This document shows positions 11,972-25,731 of a stretch of DNA of 64,000 nt, piece after piece. How positions within the stretch are numbered: position 1 is the stretch's first letter; every line of letters starts with the position of its first letter. The DNA comes from Elsinoe ampelina. Lineage: Eukaryota. The notes under the pieces are model-generated. The model made no database searches and was not told the origin of the DNA. It saw only the letters and a list, made by a program, of their open reading frames with translations. The stretch spans positions 1,580,566 through 1,644,565 of the forward strand of contig ML992501.1 in the NCBI GenBank assembly GCA_010093995.1, written 5' to 3'. The position numbers and the translations under genes were made by a program.

Positions 11972-13593
11972 TTACTTCCATCCATTGATGATCTTCTCGG
12001 CCTTCTCTTTGGTCGTAGGAGGCTCTGGCTGAGCTTCCGGCATTTGCGCAAACCATTGAGGTGGTCGGATGCCAGTTTGCTCCTGGACAGTGCTGAGCAT
12101 AGGAGGTAAACATCTGACCAGATCCCGGATCGGCGCCATAGAGTCGGCTCCACCCTCGCTGCCAGTGTTCCAGACGCTGATCTTGGGCTGTAATCCTCTA
12201 ATAGCATCGGCGTTCGCATTTGCCATCCTCTCGTAGGTGCCGTTCTGGAGCATGAGCCACTGCATGAGCCCTTGAGGTCCACCGAGTGACTTGCCGAGAG
12301 CTTCATAAGCGATAGCGAGTTGGCAAAGACCTTCAGCTTCCTTGGTCTTCGCAACCAGCAGTGCCTCAGCCTCACGTGACTTCTGGACAAAGTCTGCCTC
12401 GGCCTGTTTCTGCTTGCTGTATAGAAGAGCATCGGCTTCTCTTGACTTCTTGACGTAGTGCGCCTCGGCTGCTACGGCTTCGGCGTATTTTGCGGCGTCC
12501 GCATCCTTGGAAACTTTGAGGTATCGAGCCTCTGCTGCTCTTTCTTCCTGGTACTTGGATGCTTCGGCTGCTGTCGCTTGGGCGTACTTGCTGGCGTCGG
12601 CGGTCTTTTGGTCCTTGTAAAACTGTGCGTCGGCTTTCTCTTGACTGCTTTCCTTCTCGATCCTGGCTCCTACCACCTTGGTTGCTCTCAGACGCTCGAG
12701 CTCCATCTCCGCTTTCTTCTGCTCCACAATCTTCAACAGCTCGGCGTCCTTCTGCTCGGCAGCTCTTCTTGCACTGATCCGCTCGAGATCGAGTTCTCTC
12801 TCAATCTCAATTTCCTTGCTCTTGAGACCCATGTCCGCTGCGGCCTTTTCTTTCTTCCTCTCAGTCTCCAAGACAGCAGTAGTGGCATGAATCTTTGCGA
12901 TCCTCTGCTTGGTCTCGCCCTGCTTCTCCGCCTCACCGATCTCTCCGACCATTCGAGCATTGGCGACATCGACCTTGGCTTGGTTCTGAGCTCCTTCGTG
13001 CGCTTTCTTGGATAGGAACTCAAAGTATTGACTACCAGGCATGTCTTGAAGCTCTTTGACATTCGCATTGTAAATGCAGAGACCGAATTGGTCCAGCTCG
13101 CTCTGGACATTCTTGATGACTTTGTTCTTGAACATTTGTCGTTCGCTGAAAAGCTCCTCCATAGTCATTGTGGAGACAATGCTTCTGGTCTCGCCTTCGA
13201 TGATGCCTTTGACAATGTCCTGAACATGGTTCCTACCAGTGGCGACGGCGCCCTTGGCAAGAGAGTCTGTGACTGCGCCGTCGGAGTTGCCTGTCAGAAG
13301 GACTGCATATTTCTCGAGGTCGGGAACGTTGTCGCGGGGTCCAATGGTGAAGACAGCTGGTAGAGAGAATTTGAGTTTCTCCTTCGTCATGGCATGCAGG
13401 CTCATGGAGAAGTCGAACGGCGTGATGCTGATCTTGCATGCTTTCTGGAAGGGATATATGAAAGCTTTCTTCCGAACCTGGACATCTTTGATGCCTGCGC
13501 CAGTGATGACCAGGTAGGAATTCGGTTCCGAGACGTGATACCTAGTCTTGTCAGTGCGATGTTGTAAATCAATGTAAAAGCTACTAACCACAT
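11972..13593 (-). CDS. Flotillin-like SPFH/band-7 protein; 1 intron (13542-13588)
   Basis: Spliced start MW-YHVSEPNSYLVITGAGI. SPFH motifs (LPAVFTIGP, GIIEGETR, GLCIYNANVKEL), Ala/Glu/Lys coiled coil with ADAxxY repeats, and GLQPKISVWNTG tail. Confidence 0.92.
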
Positions 13594-14314
13594 GTCTGCG
13601 GTGTTAGCGGGCGACCAATATCTGTGACCAGTTGCTTGCGTCTGAGGTATGAGTTGGCAGTGGATGGCAAGGTGATCGGACGCGTCAGTGTTGGTAGTGC
13701 AGTGATCGAGAGCTTGGAGATATTACAGAGCCAGCATTCTTTATATACAGCTTCATGACGCATCCGCAATTCTTCTTTGCGTAGACTCTCAGACTCGGCG
13801 GCTCGAAGAAGGCAGCGAATGTACTCAGATTGCCTTACATAGCGAACTTACCACAATTCGACAACGGTATGTCAGATTCACAACGCAAGCTTTGATGTCG
13901 GCACGCATGAAATTCGTGGTGACAAAAGGCAAATTGAGAAGGAATAATTGTGTCTGATGGATGGAATGCGTGCCTGATTGAGGAGTCGGCTTTCGGATCC
14001 GGAACGTTCCGCAGCGGTTGATGGTCATACGCCTCTTCGGCCCCCACAAAGTTTTGCCTGAGGGTAAAGTATAGCATGCATGGAAGCATTCTTGCTCACG
14101 AAATGCTTCTTTGCGTTGGTCTCAAGGCAGCCAGGCAAGATTTTGACTCCTTCTATGCAGGAACCGCGGCACCAAAGACCTCGGCGTGGTGGGAAAGGTC
14201 TTCGATCCCGCATTCTTCCCCTGCATGTCCTAACCTCGGACTTCATGCTCCAGTTTACACCACTGGCTCGTTCTCGTGTTGTTCGCTATTCCGTCCTTGT
14301 TCGACCTTTACAGA

Positions 14315-14911
14315 ATGAACTCTCAGGCCATGCCCGTCGAAGGAGAGCCACCACCACCATATGAAGCAGGACCGTCGAATCGTCCTTTAGCTCGAGTCCA
14401 GAGCACACCCCGGGGCGTCTCGACGGAGAAACGGGAGCAGAAGCTCAAAGGTGTTGATAGTGGTCCAATACAGGACCTCTACAAATCATTACTGGAACAG
14501 CAACTAGACCAAGGATTCCTCGACACGATCATTGTGTTGATTTTCCCAGACCAAGGCATCAAAGGTGAGTCATGAGTTGAAGCCCTTATCGAGGCGGCAA
14601 TGTGCTGATGTCGAGTAGGAATATCCATGGGCGAGGAGATTGTTGGACATGACTGGGACGAAAACGGCAACGTGGTGGTAGCCACCATCCCAGATCATGG
14701 GGGGTCTGCTCGCGTATGGGCGCAATCAGGAATGTATAGCAATTTGCGCGAGAACATTCGGACGATCGTCCATAGATATAACGGTTGCAAAGATGGCGAT
14801 GGTAGGATGCCTCTTGTCGCGATTGAGGAGGTTTCGTTAAGGGCCGAGAACGAGTTCGGCCTGTACACAACCAGGACGCTACAAGTACTGGTGATCAAGA
14901 CACACATATGA
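14315..14911 (+). CDS. Small hypothetical protein (about 180 aa) with N-terminal PPPY motif; 1 intron (14565-14618)
   Basis: GTGAGT...CTGAT...TAG intron joins two ORFs in frame (GIK-GISMGEEIVG). Contains EPPPPYE and C-terminal SLRAENEFGLYTT. Confidence 0.75.
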
Positions 14912-14959
14912 TCGAGAGATTCTTCCAGTACAGCGCCTCAGACTGTGTGAACGAGCATC

Positions 14960-15550
14960 TCAGGTGTCGGTTTTCTTCTTCTCGCCGTCAATATCGAACC
15001 CCAGCTTGTCGAGTTGCCGGATAAGCTCATTGATCTTGATGACTTTCTCCAGCTGTTCCGGCAGTAGAGAATCGCCCTTCTCCTTCTTGTCCTTGAGATC
15101 CCTTGCCTGACGTAGCTTCTTGCTCAGCTTTCGAGCCTCCTTTGCCTTTTCCGCTTCGGGATCCACGGGAGCTGTTGATTCCACCGACGTCTGATTTTCT
15201 TTATCGGTCGTCTTCTGTGACTCTTCAGTCTCGTCGGTTGAGGCTGCTGCTGCCTTCCGTCTCGCTTCGCGCCTTTTCGCATTCTTGTTGGAGGATGCAG
15301 AGGGGAGATCGGAAGACACAGCTTCCGCACCAGGAACACCGCCTTTGCCTCTATTCTTGAACGCTTCTGCCGTGCGATTTTTGTACACATCGACATCTTC
15401 AGGCGGCCGATATCCATCCCTTACGCGAATCTCCTTGCGGACTGACCCGTCTGCTCGGACGGATGATGGAATGTGTCGATGCCCATCTTTGCTATCTGCA
15501 ATGCCAGCACGTGAGACTGAGCCCTTTGCATCGGCAGTCGGGGGGACCAT
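14960..15550 (-). CDS. PYM1: PYM/WIBG partner of Y14-Mago (exon junction complex disassembly factor)
   Basis: IPSSVRADGSVRKEIRVRDGYRPPEDV Mago-binding motif and KKLRQARDL...EQLEKV C-terminal region. Confidence 0.88.
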   Translation of the reverse strand: MVPPTADAKGSVSRAGIADSKDGHRHIPSSVRADGSVRKEIRVRDGYRPPEDVDVYKNRTAEAFKNRGKGGVPGAEAVSSDLPSASSNKNAKRREARRKAAAASTDETEESQKTTDKENQTSVESTAPVDPEAEKAKEARKLSKKLRQARDLKDKKEKGDSLLPEQLEKVIKINELIRQLDKLGFDIDGEKKKTDT

Positions 15551-15812
15551 TGAGACCTCCAGCCACAATATGAGCTATGCGAACGGCTGGTATTTTGGTA
15601 TTGTAGAAAAATCTGGCATTGGCTGACAGGCCGTCTGTCGGCAGTCGGGGGAAACCGCAAGGAGCAATTGACCAATCAGATGGTCCCAATTGAGACTCCC
15701 ATCTCGACTTCGCTGTTTTTCTCTACCTTGCCAGCAACAGTCAATCGCAGCGCCTTATTCGACCTATACCCTGTCGAAAGTACAATCGACTGCTACGAGC
15801 TTGCTCATCAAG

Positions 15813-16227
15813 ATGTCGTCGGTGAGTACCATCAATTGACACCCCTTGCCGGACCGGGCTAACCATGTTGAAGGTCTTTGGAACCCTTTACAAGTACGAA
15901 CACCACCTAAAGCACCGAAGGGATCAAGCTGATATTTGTAGCACACTTATCAAGAGAAACACCATCTTCCTCGGGACCGTCTTTGCCAGCGCGTTTGCCC
16001 TCGAGATGTGAGTTGCGCAGCGCAAGAGCTAGGTGCGGGATTGACGGGTGAACAGCGTATTCGACACAACCTCCAACAAGATCTGGGATGCCGTAAATCG
16101 AGGCGTACGTATACATTGGGTGTTGACGTTCAGGCAGAACCCCAGCTGATCGTTTCTCCAGCGACAATGGAAGGACATCAAGTATCGGTACCTACAAAAG
16201 GCCGAAGATGAGGACGACGACGAATAG
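15813..16227 (+). CDS. QCR9: Cytochrome b-c1 complex subunit 9; five exons, absent from the ORF track
   Basis: Manual splicing of 4 GT-AG introns gives MSSVFGTLYNTLIKRNTIFLGTVFASAFALEIVFDTTSNKIWDAVNRGRQWKDIKYRYLQKAEDEDDDE, with the QCR9 NxG(R/K)xWKDIK motif. Confidence 0.93.
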
Positions 16228-17166
16228 CAGCAATGAGCAAGATTGTAACATTATGAACCGACAAACCAGTACACATCAACATGGCAATCAGCATGCGCTT
16301 TGCGTCGCGGCCAGGCGCACGCTGGGATGGTACCACCGGCCTCTTGGTGATGACATGCCTCCGCACGTATCTGCATAGCAGTAGAAGAAGCATGGTTATT
16401 GAAGCACAATTGAAGAATATTGCTCGCCTGGTACTCCTGCGAAGTCTACGATCATTCAACTCGTGGAGGAATGCGCGAGCAGCATCGATTCACGTCTCCT
16501 TGCCAGGCACTTCTTGGCCACGCGAATCGCCAATTCTGCAAAGCGCAGTGGTCCAGAAGCTTATCTAGCTCATCCGCATGTCCACTTAGGGAGCTGTGAA
16601 GGAGCATGGTGAGTGTCTGTTGTGACAGATTCAATCTTGGGGGCACGTATCTTCCCTCTCTGCGACCTTCAGCTTGTTAAGTGCGGATGGGAGGGGCTGC
16701 TCGGCTGCCCTCATGCCCCAGCCTTTCTTCCTGGATCTGGTCACAACGTCGCATGATGCTGCTACGTTCCTGCTGTGGAGATCGTTCTTCTCCGATCATG
16801 ACGTTCCTCCATTTCGTGTGCTTATGCGTTCCACTTGACACGATGTTTGCGTCCTCTCATGGAAATCGTTGTATGTGAAGTGCAGACCAGTGACGGCAAT
16901 GCATGCAATATATATGAAGTAGCATGGGGGCGGCGCCTTTGTTCTGTGCCCTGTAGACGCAATCGTGACATGTGATGCGGAACCAAATCCGCCAACCTAT
17001 CGATAACGCATTCCGTCACATCAAGCTGCTGTTACCCTCCTCAACTCGGAAACATAGCTCTTGAGCGACATCTTAGACAAAGACTTGATTTCCTGGATGA
17101 GACTACACTGTGCACCAGCGATGCGATATCCGACTCCGACTCACTCACAACTCTTCCCGCACTTCG

Positions 17167-20100
17167 ATGTCATCGACTACGCTTGAGGCCACGCTGAGTC
17201 GGGCTCTACGAGATCTCCCGCACAAATATGGATACCGGTACACACAAGAGGCAAAGATCGAGCTTCTCAAGACACTATGTACATCTCTGGTAGGCTCGGA
17301 GCAAAAATTACCTCTCCTCTTCCCAAACTCGCCGCCAGGTGACAAGGAAATCGGATGGAGCCTGCGTAAGGCTCAAAACGCCGTAGAAGGAGCAGAGTAT
17401 ACAGAATCGGCCAGGGGACATGCTTGCGGACATATATTCAAGTCAGGTGAATCCTCATATCACTGCAAGACCTGCACGACCGATGACACTTGCGTACTGT
17501 GCGCAAGATGTTTTGCCGAATCGGACCACGAGGGGCATGCTGTCTTCGTGAGCATCTCTCCTGGGAACAGTGGCTGCTGTGACTGCGGAGACGATGAGGC
17601 ATGGGTACGGCCGGTCATATGCGGAATACACACAGCAGATGCCGTCAACTTGAGGACGTCAAGCGGGAAGGCTGCCCAGCCAGCGTCATTGCCTGACGAC
17701 ATTCTAGAAGCAGTGAGCACCACCATCGGCAAGTGTATGGACTACCTTTGCGATGTCTTCTCTTGCTCGCCAGAACAGTTGCGGCTACCAAAGACGGAGC
17801 AGACAGTACGACAGGACGAGAGACTAGCAAGATTGAGTCCGGAGAAGTACGGAGGGGCAGAACCCGTGCAGGAGATCACCGAGTTCTCGCTCGTCCTGTG
17901 GAACGATGAGAAGCATACAGTGGACCAGGTCATGAACCAGGTTGCAAGAGCATGCAAAAAGCCAAAGACATACGGCGAGCAGAAGGCTACAGAGGTCGAC
18001 GATATCGGACGAAGTATCGTCGAGTACGCTTCAGATTCGAGAAAGTTACTGGGCATGGCCAGCATTCTCGAACAGATCAAGGTATCTGTAACTGTACGAG
18101 CGTCACGAGACACCTTCCGAGAGCTCATGTGCGAAACAATCATCGAGTGGCTGTCGGACATCTTTGGCTGCAGCGTGGGATTCGATCATCATCTTCTCAG
18201 GCACACAATCTGCTCTGAATTGTTTAAGCCATGGAGCGTTGGTAGCTCACGAGTGCATGAGCAAGCGGGCAAGTCTGGAATCTACGATCACGAGGCTGAA
18301 GAGCGCGAATATCGAGACTGGGCTACACGATACATTCAGATCACTGGCCTTGGAGAGAATATCACATTCTTGGGCCCAGGCGCTGACGACGATGACGATG
18401 AATCGGAGGATGACGAAGAAGGCGAATTTCCCATTGAAGAGGACATGGACGACACCACAACAGAGCGCCCAGAAGAGACGGAAGTTGAACTGAACCCGAT
18501 TCTACGACGAGCCCAATCAGTCCGTCGTGCAGTAATTAGGCGTAATCCCGAACTTGTCAACCCTGATATCATGGACATAGCAGATGATGAGGGTAATATC
18601 GTGGTGCTTCCGGATGACGGTCAGATGGACATCGACATTGATGAAGAAGGCGACGATGCCAACGAGGTCTCAGAAGCGACCATGGCTGGTTATCCTCCTC
18701 CACCTCCACCACCGCCTGCTCAAAACGCGGACGCTTCAAGACAGGCCTCGCTGACCGACAGTCACGAGATGGCAACGTCCCAAGAGCTTGAGGAGACAGA
18801 GACCGTCATTGGATCAGCAAAGCTGCCAGCTCTACCCAAGACACCTACAAATAGACACAGAAACAGAAACAGACCGCCAAAATTCTGGCTGACAAGGCCT
18901 GGAGGGTGGACCGAAGCGAACCAGCCTGGATCACCGGAGAACTTGAATGAACGACTACGAATAGACTTTCTTATACTATATGACCTGCGGCTCTGGAAGA
19001 CGCTACGAGATACCCTTCGACACCTGTTCATAAGTACAGTTATTACCATGCCCGAGTACAAAAGACTGCTTGCGATTCGATTCGCTGGCCTGTATACATT
19101 GTTGGCTCAACTTTACCTTATCGCGGACCGCGAGCCTGACCATTCCATCATCAATCTATCTTTGCAGATCTTGACAACACCGAGTCTGACTGCAGAGGTA
19201 GTGGAGCGAGCGAATTTTCTCACACACCTCATGGCCATTCTTTACACCTTTCTCACCACCAGGCAAGTCGGCTATCCAAAAGACATCACACCTTCGGCGA
19301 CGCTTGCATTTGATGCAGGAGCAATTGCGAATCGACGCATGTTTCATTTCTTCATCGACGCCAAGTACATATTTCAGTCTCCAGCGATCCAAGAAAGATT
19401 ACGCAGCGAGCCACAGTACCTGCAGCAATTCTTGGATCTTGTCAAACTACATCAAGGCATCTGCCCTAATGTTCGCGCAGTGGGCGAACATGTTGAGTAC
19501 GAAACAGACGCATGGCTTAGTGCTTCCATGATTATGAAGGACATCAACCGGCTCTCTCGACTTGTCGTTGATGCTTTCTTCACCTTGGAGTCGAGCGACA
19601 GTGCAAGTCACTTCATGGTCGCCCTCAAAGAACTGTTTGTGGTGACAACCATCAGCTCTCTCGGTCTAGAGTCTGGTCGGTTCCAGAATGGCGAACTCAA
19701 AGCGCCCTTGTCCTTCGGCGAAGTCGCACTGATGGGAGACAAGCCTTGCGTCATACCCAGCATCAAGGTAATCGACGCACACATGAGCTTCCATCATCCG
19801 TTGCACTATATCACTTCATGGATGCTGCAAGCTGGTAAGGGCATGTCACGAGAGCAGATGCAGTCTTGTCTGTCGAATTCGATGCAGCATATCTCCAACT
19901 TGCAGTCAAAGTATCCAGATGCGGCAACTGGAAGCGGGCCATTCTCAGTATTCGTGAAGCCAGACGACTGGGTCTGCGCTCTGTTCGACCCTCCTCTCAA
20001 GGTCTGCGTGTGGCTTTCCCAAATGCGTGCTGGCATGTGGGTCAGGAACGGTATGACTCTACGCCACCAGATGCAGAGTTACAGGAGTCCAACACAACGA

Positions 20101-23100
20101 GATGTGACATTCCAGCGCGACATTTTCATGCTTCAAGCAGGTATGGTCCTCTGCGACTTCGACTCGGGCGACATTGGCGACAAGTTCTTGAGGCAGATGA
20201 TCAGTCGATATGAGCTGCACAATTGGATATCTGGCAGAATGAGCCTTGCTGAGGACTGGGAAGAGAGCCAGCACATGGACGTCATTGAAGACTTCTTTCA
20301 GCTGCTTGTCATCTTACTGACCGAGCGCGAGGATTTATTGCTCGACGGTGTGCGTGGAAAGCCGTCAAAGCGGGCAGTCCAGCGAGACATTTCGCATATC
20401 TTGTGCTTCAAGCCCATGTCCTACTCTGATCTGGCCGCAAAGTTGACTGACCGCATCACTGATGCTGAAGACTTCGATGTGATTCTGGAGGACATGACAA
20501 ATTACAAACCACCAGAGGGTCTGAACGATCACGGGACCTTCGAACTGAAAGCCGAGTTTGCAGAGAAGGTTGATCCCTACTTTGGATTCTATTCACGCAA
20601 CCAACGTGAAGAAGCGGATAACATCTACCGCGAAATACATGCGAAGAAGCTGGGCATTGACAAGGCAGATGTTGTGCCAGAACCACAATTGCCGGTCATC
20701 GCAGAAGGACTCTTTAAAGACCTTGGAGCATTCACGCGCACACCCATTTTTGCCGAACTTGTCCGCGAGGCGCTTCGCTTCGCCGCATATGGCCACGATC
20801 GGAAAACGTCTGTGGAAAAGACCCGTATCGAGCCTGTGTTGCAGCTGATCTTGCACCTGACACTTCTGTCTATTCATGAGGACACTGCGGCCGGAATTGT
20901 GGACGGGTCAAGCAGAACAGGTTTCATCGACCGGATGGTGAAAGCAGTCCGACAGCCAGGTCCAGGAAGTCCTCAGCTGGCAGAGCTCGAGACTATCTAC
21001 AGCCTCTTGAACTCGATCTTGACTATTGAAGAGTACTCAGCCTGCCATCCTCGGGTCCGGGTCATTCTCGAGCGTGCTCAGCAGAAGCGTCATAACTTGT
21101 TCGCAGAGCACAACCTTCTCGATCCAGGCAGTCGAACGGCCACATCGACACCTGCATCAAACATTTCTGCCGATAAGGATGCGAAGAAAAAGGCTGCTTT
21201 AGAACGGCAAGCCAGGGTTATGGCTCAATTTAAGGCCCAACAAAACTCCTTCATGTCCAACCAGGGCATGGACTGGGATGTAGATGATCTCAGTGATGAG
21301 GACAAAGATGGGATGGAGGATATCAAAGTGGACGAGACGAACACCGAGAACACTCGAGACTGGCCTGCAGATGCGTGTATCCTCTGTCAGGAAGATGCCA
21401 CGGAGGGTCGCTTATATGGATGCTTTGCCTTCATTTCGGAAAGTGGTATCCAAAGGCAGACTCCTCTGGACGACATGGACTACGTGCAGGAGGTCCTGGA
21501 CACGCCACTCAGTCTTGACAGGTCAGCCGAATCCATCAGGCCATTTGGAAAAGCGGCCAAGAACAAACGCTCGGCCGGAAAGACCGCACCGGATGGCACG
21601 GTGACACAACATGAGGTTCAGGCGCTTGGAGAGGGGTTCACGAGATACGACAGTATCTTGCGCGATAATGTGGTGAACAGCTGCGGTCACATGATGCACT
21701 TCTCTTGCTTTGACACGTATTTGAATGCCACACAAAGGAGGCAGTCTCAGCAGATCTCTCGAAACCACCCGGAGAACCTTGACACCAAGGAGTTTTTATG
21801 CCCACTCTGCAAAGCTTTGGGTAATGCATTCTTGCCTGTCATCTGGAAGCCGCGCAAGGAGTCTTACCCAGGACTACTTGGACAAGCGTCCCAACCATTC
21901 GAGGAATGGCTCACTAACGATATTGGGTCTCTTGAGAGTATCCTGGAAAGCTCGCACTCTTACGAGAAAGGCTCGATTTGGATCTCAGAAAGGACAAGCC
22001 TTGCACAGGACTATATCAGATCTACCTTCAAAACGAACCTGGCCTCACAATTCTTGGTCGATGACAATCCGCAATCGCCAAGTATAGAGCCTAGCGGTCG
22101 GCGACGATCCATTCCATTGTCGTCCATCTTTGATCTACGCCGTCTGAGTACCAGTGTTGGCTTGACGAGCACACCGCTTGTGAATTTCACGACAGGATCT
22201 GAACTCACCAAGGCCTACAATGTTCTCTGTGGGAGCGTAGAGACCAATTGTTACGTTGACCCTAAGGTCAATTTGCTACAGGAAGGGTCGCCTCATCTGT
22301 TCACTACAATCCTGCAATCTGTGGCATCCAGCATCGCCGCAACAGAAATACATTACCGCGGAGCAGCCAGCCAGCATTGCCTTCTGACTGCCATTCCAGA
22401 CCAGACATTGAACAATCTTCGGATATACTGCGAGACGGTGTCCTCTCTCATGGCCATGGAGCAGCTGAAGGATCCCAGGAAAGTTTCAAAGCTACTGAAC
22501 AACCAAGACATGTTCAGCATCAGCCAACTGCTCGGCCTTGCCGACAAGGATGGCAGAATTTCAGGCCCTACACCCATGAGGTATAATGTTTTTTGGGCGG
22601 TCACTCTCTGTTCGTTCTTACCACAGTCGGACTGGTCGAAGCATGGGCACAATCTAATCCAGCTCGGACTTATGGCAGAAATCGTCAAGGCAATAACAGT
22701 GCACGCCCAAAACCATGTCATATCCTCGGTCGACAAATGGCTTGATCAGCAAGAGCCCAGCGATCCTGCATTCGATTCCTTCGCAGCCATCATGTCCAGC
22801 CTAGCTTCGCATGAGGGGACAGCTCTTACACTCAGTGACAACCCTGTCGCTGCTCAGAAGATGTACGCAATTGTCAAACGTCATGCTCTGATCTACCTCC
22901 GCAAAGTCCTCATTCTCACCCACGTCCGCTCCGGCGTGGACTACTCCGTCATCTCCACCACGCTCGACACGGAAGCCTCCGAGCTCGACCGTCTCTGCAC
23001 CCTCCTCCGCCTTCCCTCCCTCGCACAGCTCTTCAGCACTTTCACCGCCGAATCCCCAGCAGGCCATAACCTCCGCAACATAGCCAAACGTTGGCTCGAC

Positions 23101-23720
23101 GTCGACCGCAATGCTCCTAATCAGCCACCTCCGCGCCACATCGATCACCCCGCCATCTTCGAGCTCGTCGGCCTCCCGAGAACCTTCGACAGTCTCTCCG
23201 AAGAAGCCATCAAGCGCCGCTGCCCCACGACCGGTAAAGCCGTCACGGACCCCGTGGTGTGCCTCCTCTGCGGCGAGATCTTCTGCTCACAAGCCAACTG
23301 CTGCCGCGACCGCCAGACCAATTTCGGCGGGGCGTCGAGGCATCGGAAGAAGTAAGTCCCCATCCCGTCCCCTCAATCCCCTTTTCCACTACCCTCCACC
23401 TCCTTCGGTCCGGTCATGCCCCTCCCAAAACTACAGTGCTAACATCCACCAGATGCGGCGGCACGATTGGCCTCTACATCAACATCCGCAAATGCATGGT
23501 CGTGTTCCTCCACGAACGCAACGGGAGTTGGGCCCAGGCGCCTTATCTCGACAAGTACGGCGAGCCGGACCCGACGATGCGGCGGCATCACCAGTTGTTC
23601 TTGAACCAGAAGAGGTACGATCGTCTGTTGAGGGATGTGTGGTTGGGGCATGGGATACCGAGTGTTATTAGTAGGAAGTTGGAGGGGGATATCAATAATG
23701 GGGGGTGGGAGACGCTGTAG
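17167..23720 (+). CDS. UBR1: N-end-rule E3 ubiquitin ligase UBR1; 1 intron (23352-23452)
   Basis: UBR-box (CGHIFKSGE..YHCKTC..DDTCVLC..CF...GCCDCGD), ClpS-like LWNDEKHT, split RING (CILCQE...CGHMMHFSC...EFLCPLCK), C-terminal APYLDKYGEPD. Confidence 0.96.
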
Positions 23721-23952
23721 GTGTTTCTCGCCGGGAAAGGGGGAGGGGACAGAGGGAGGGGAGACAGAGGGAGGGAGAGAGCGGGGGTTGGGGATAGGAA
23801 AAGGAGAGGGATGAAGGGATGGTATCAGGGAAGGGGACGAGTACATCGGTAGATAGGCAGTGGGAATTTGTATTCATGGTATTCCAACTCGACTTTCGCC
23901 AAACGCCAGACTATGCAATCCGTAAACAAGACCACTGGTATGGCGCACGCAC

Positions 23953-25416
23953 TCAAAACTCCATCCCCTCCCCCTCTTGCTCCCGACTCCGCTTCTTCTC
24001 CCCGCTCTCCTCCTTGACCAGCCCGTCCACGAACCGCTTGAAGTACTCCACATACGGCCGCAGACTCGTCTTCTGCCAGTCTTGCACCTTGCTCGCGTCT
24101 TCCCCGCTCGTCGGCGTCCAGGCGTCGATCTCTCCCAACAGCTCCTGGACCGTCGGCACGGAAAAAGGGTCGAAGTCGTCTACTCTGCTGACGTCGATGG
24201 GGACGCAGACTCGTCCAGTGCCCGGGTGGATGACGAAGGGGCTCTTCAGCAAATGGTTGAGTTTCTTGGAGACTTCGGCATCGAGGCGGGGGTAGGTGTA
24301 CTCCAGCCGGATATCCTGCTTCGCATCCCGGAGTGAGGCTGTGCTGATGCTGAGATTGCCGGAGGAGGCGAGAGCGTCGATGTCTGCCCATTTCTGCGTC
24401 GAGGAGCGGTTGGGAGTGGAGTCCCATTTCTTGCTCAGAGCGGTGGAGAGGACGGGGTCGGGAATGAGGGAGAGGAGACGCTTCTCGCCCTCGGGAGAGC
24501 GGAAGGGGTCTTGGGCTTCGAGGATGGCGGAGGGGAAGGAGAGGTCGAGGAGTTTGAGCGAGCGCTCGATGTGAGGGTGGAGTGGGCGGCGGGCGTTGAC
24601 GCGTGATTTGCCTTGACCTGAACCTCGGAGTACTTCGAGGTAGCCGGCTACGGCTTTGCGGGTGCTGTCTTCCAGAGTGCGAGCGCGGCGGTCGGAGACC
24701 CAGCAATGGACACCACGACGACCGGAGTAGACCCAAAGGAGGTGGCGGAAGCCGAAATCTTCGCGCAGGGCGCGGTCGATGACTTTGATGGCGAGGGTAG
24801 CGAAGACCCAGCATTTGAGGCAGATGTTGGCTTTTTGACAGCATGTACGGATGTCGTCGTAATCTGTCAGATCCACATCGAATACCAGCTCTTTGCTTAT
24901 CGGGCGGAATGCACCTTGTTTCCGTACGCTCTTGCGATCGCGAGGGTTGAGGGTGTATTCGGGACCGATTTCGAAACGGACTGGGGTCATTTGGAGACAT
25001 TGCTTTCGGAGAGCATCGGAGTTTTGGAAAGACTGATATCGAATGTAGGCGTCCGAAGGTAGGACAAATGCGAATTCGCGGTTCGTGAACTGTGTCTGTG
25101 GTGTTGGCGAGGCGTTCAGCCAGAGGAAAAGTTGTCGAAAGGGGAATAGTCGTGAGTAGAAAGTCATGAGTGTGTCTGGGTCGGAAGCTCGAACTGTGGC
25201 TGCTGACAAGCCGGTCTCCTTTTGAGAGGATTGTTGCTTCACTGGGGAGGAGGAGAACTCATCGTCACTACCATCGTCGGCGAAGATGTCGTCGAGTTTA
25301 GTGGGTGCAGCTGGGGTATCCTGCGAGTCATTCGGAGGCGATGAAGCTGGAGGCGGGTCTGACATGATTGCGTCTTCCACTGGCGGCGATGAAGCTGGCG
25401 ATAATGCGTGAGGCAT
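23953..25416 (-). CDS. PRI1: DNA primase small (catalytic) subunit
   Basis: KELVFDVDLTDY, VYSGRRGVHCWV, YPRLD, NHLLKSPFVIHPGTGRVCVP. Confidence 0.96.
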   Translation of the reverse strand: MPHALSPASSPPVEDAIMSDPPPASSPPNDSQDTPAAPTKLDDIFADDGSDDEFSSSPVKQQSSQKETGLSAATVRASDPDTLMTFYSRLFPFRQLFLWLNASPTPQTQFTNREFAFVLPSDAYIRYQSFQNSDALRKQCLQMTPVRFEIGPEYTLNPRDRKSVRKQGAFRPISKELVFDVDLTDYDDIRTCCQKANICLKCWVFATLAIKVIDRALREDFGFRHLLWVYSGRRGVHCWVSDRRARTLEDSTRKAVAGYLEVLRGSGQGKSRVNARRPLHPHIERSLKLLDLSFPSAILEAQDPFRSPEGEKRLLSLIPDPVLSTALSKKWDSTPNRSSTQKWADIDALASSGNLSISTASLRDAKQDIRLEYTYPRLDAEVSKKLNHLLKSPFVIHPGTGRVCVPIDVSRVDDFDPFSVPTVQELLGEIDAWTPTSGEDASKVQDWQKTSLRPYVEYFKRFVDGLVKEESGEKKRSREQEGEGMEF

Positions 25417-25505
25417 GGTTGCTGTGTCACTGTGTTCTCTTGTTGCTGTTCTTGTGTTCTTGCAAGGTGAAGTGATTCAGGACGGCGAAGTCAGAGGCCA
25501 GGGAG

Positions 25506-25534
25506 ACGCGTTGGAACGCGTCGCGCGCGCCAAA
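25506..25534. promoter_or_regulatory. Tandem MCB elements (ACGCGT x2) upstream of PRI1
   Basis: ACGCGT at 25506-25511 and 25516-25521 followed by CGCGCGCGCCAAA, about 90-120 bp upstream of the primase ATG. MBF control of replication genes is established in yeasts. Confidence 0.7.
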
Positions 25535-25731
25535 CCACTTCCGAGCCGCCGATCATTCTCCGTCGTCACACAAATGACTGCGGCCCTTCTCCAAGGATCC
25601 ATCCATGTTCACTTCAAAAGTACCATAAATTTAATGACCTCTGCGGCGTGATTATGCTGCTCATTATTCCTCGCCGTCTCGCCTTGACCTCTGTGCAAAG
25701 GTAAGTCAAATTTCGCAATGGCGCTCGCTCA

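Noticed and set aside
16230..17100. Possible small spliced gene between QCR9 and UBR1
   Set aside because: I could not assemble a consistent spliced ORF with a recognisable product on either strand.
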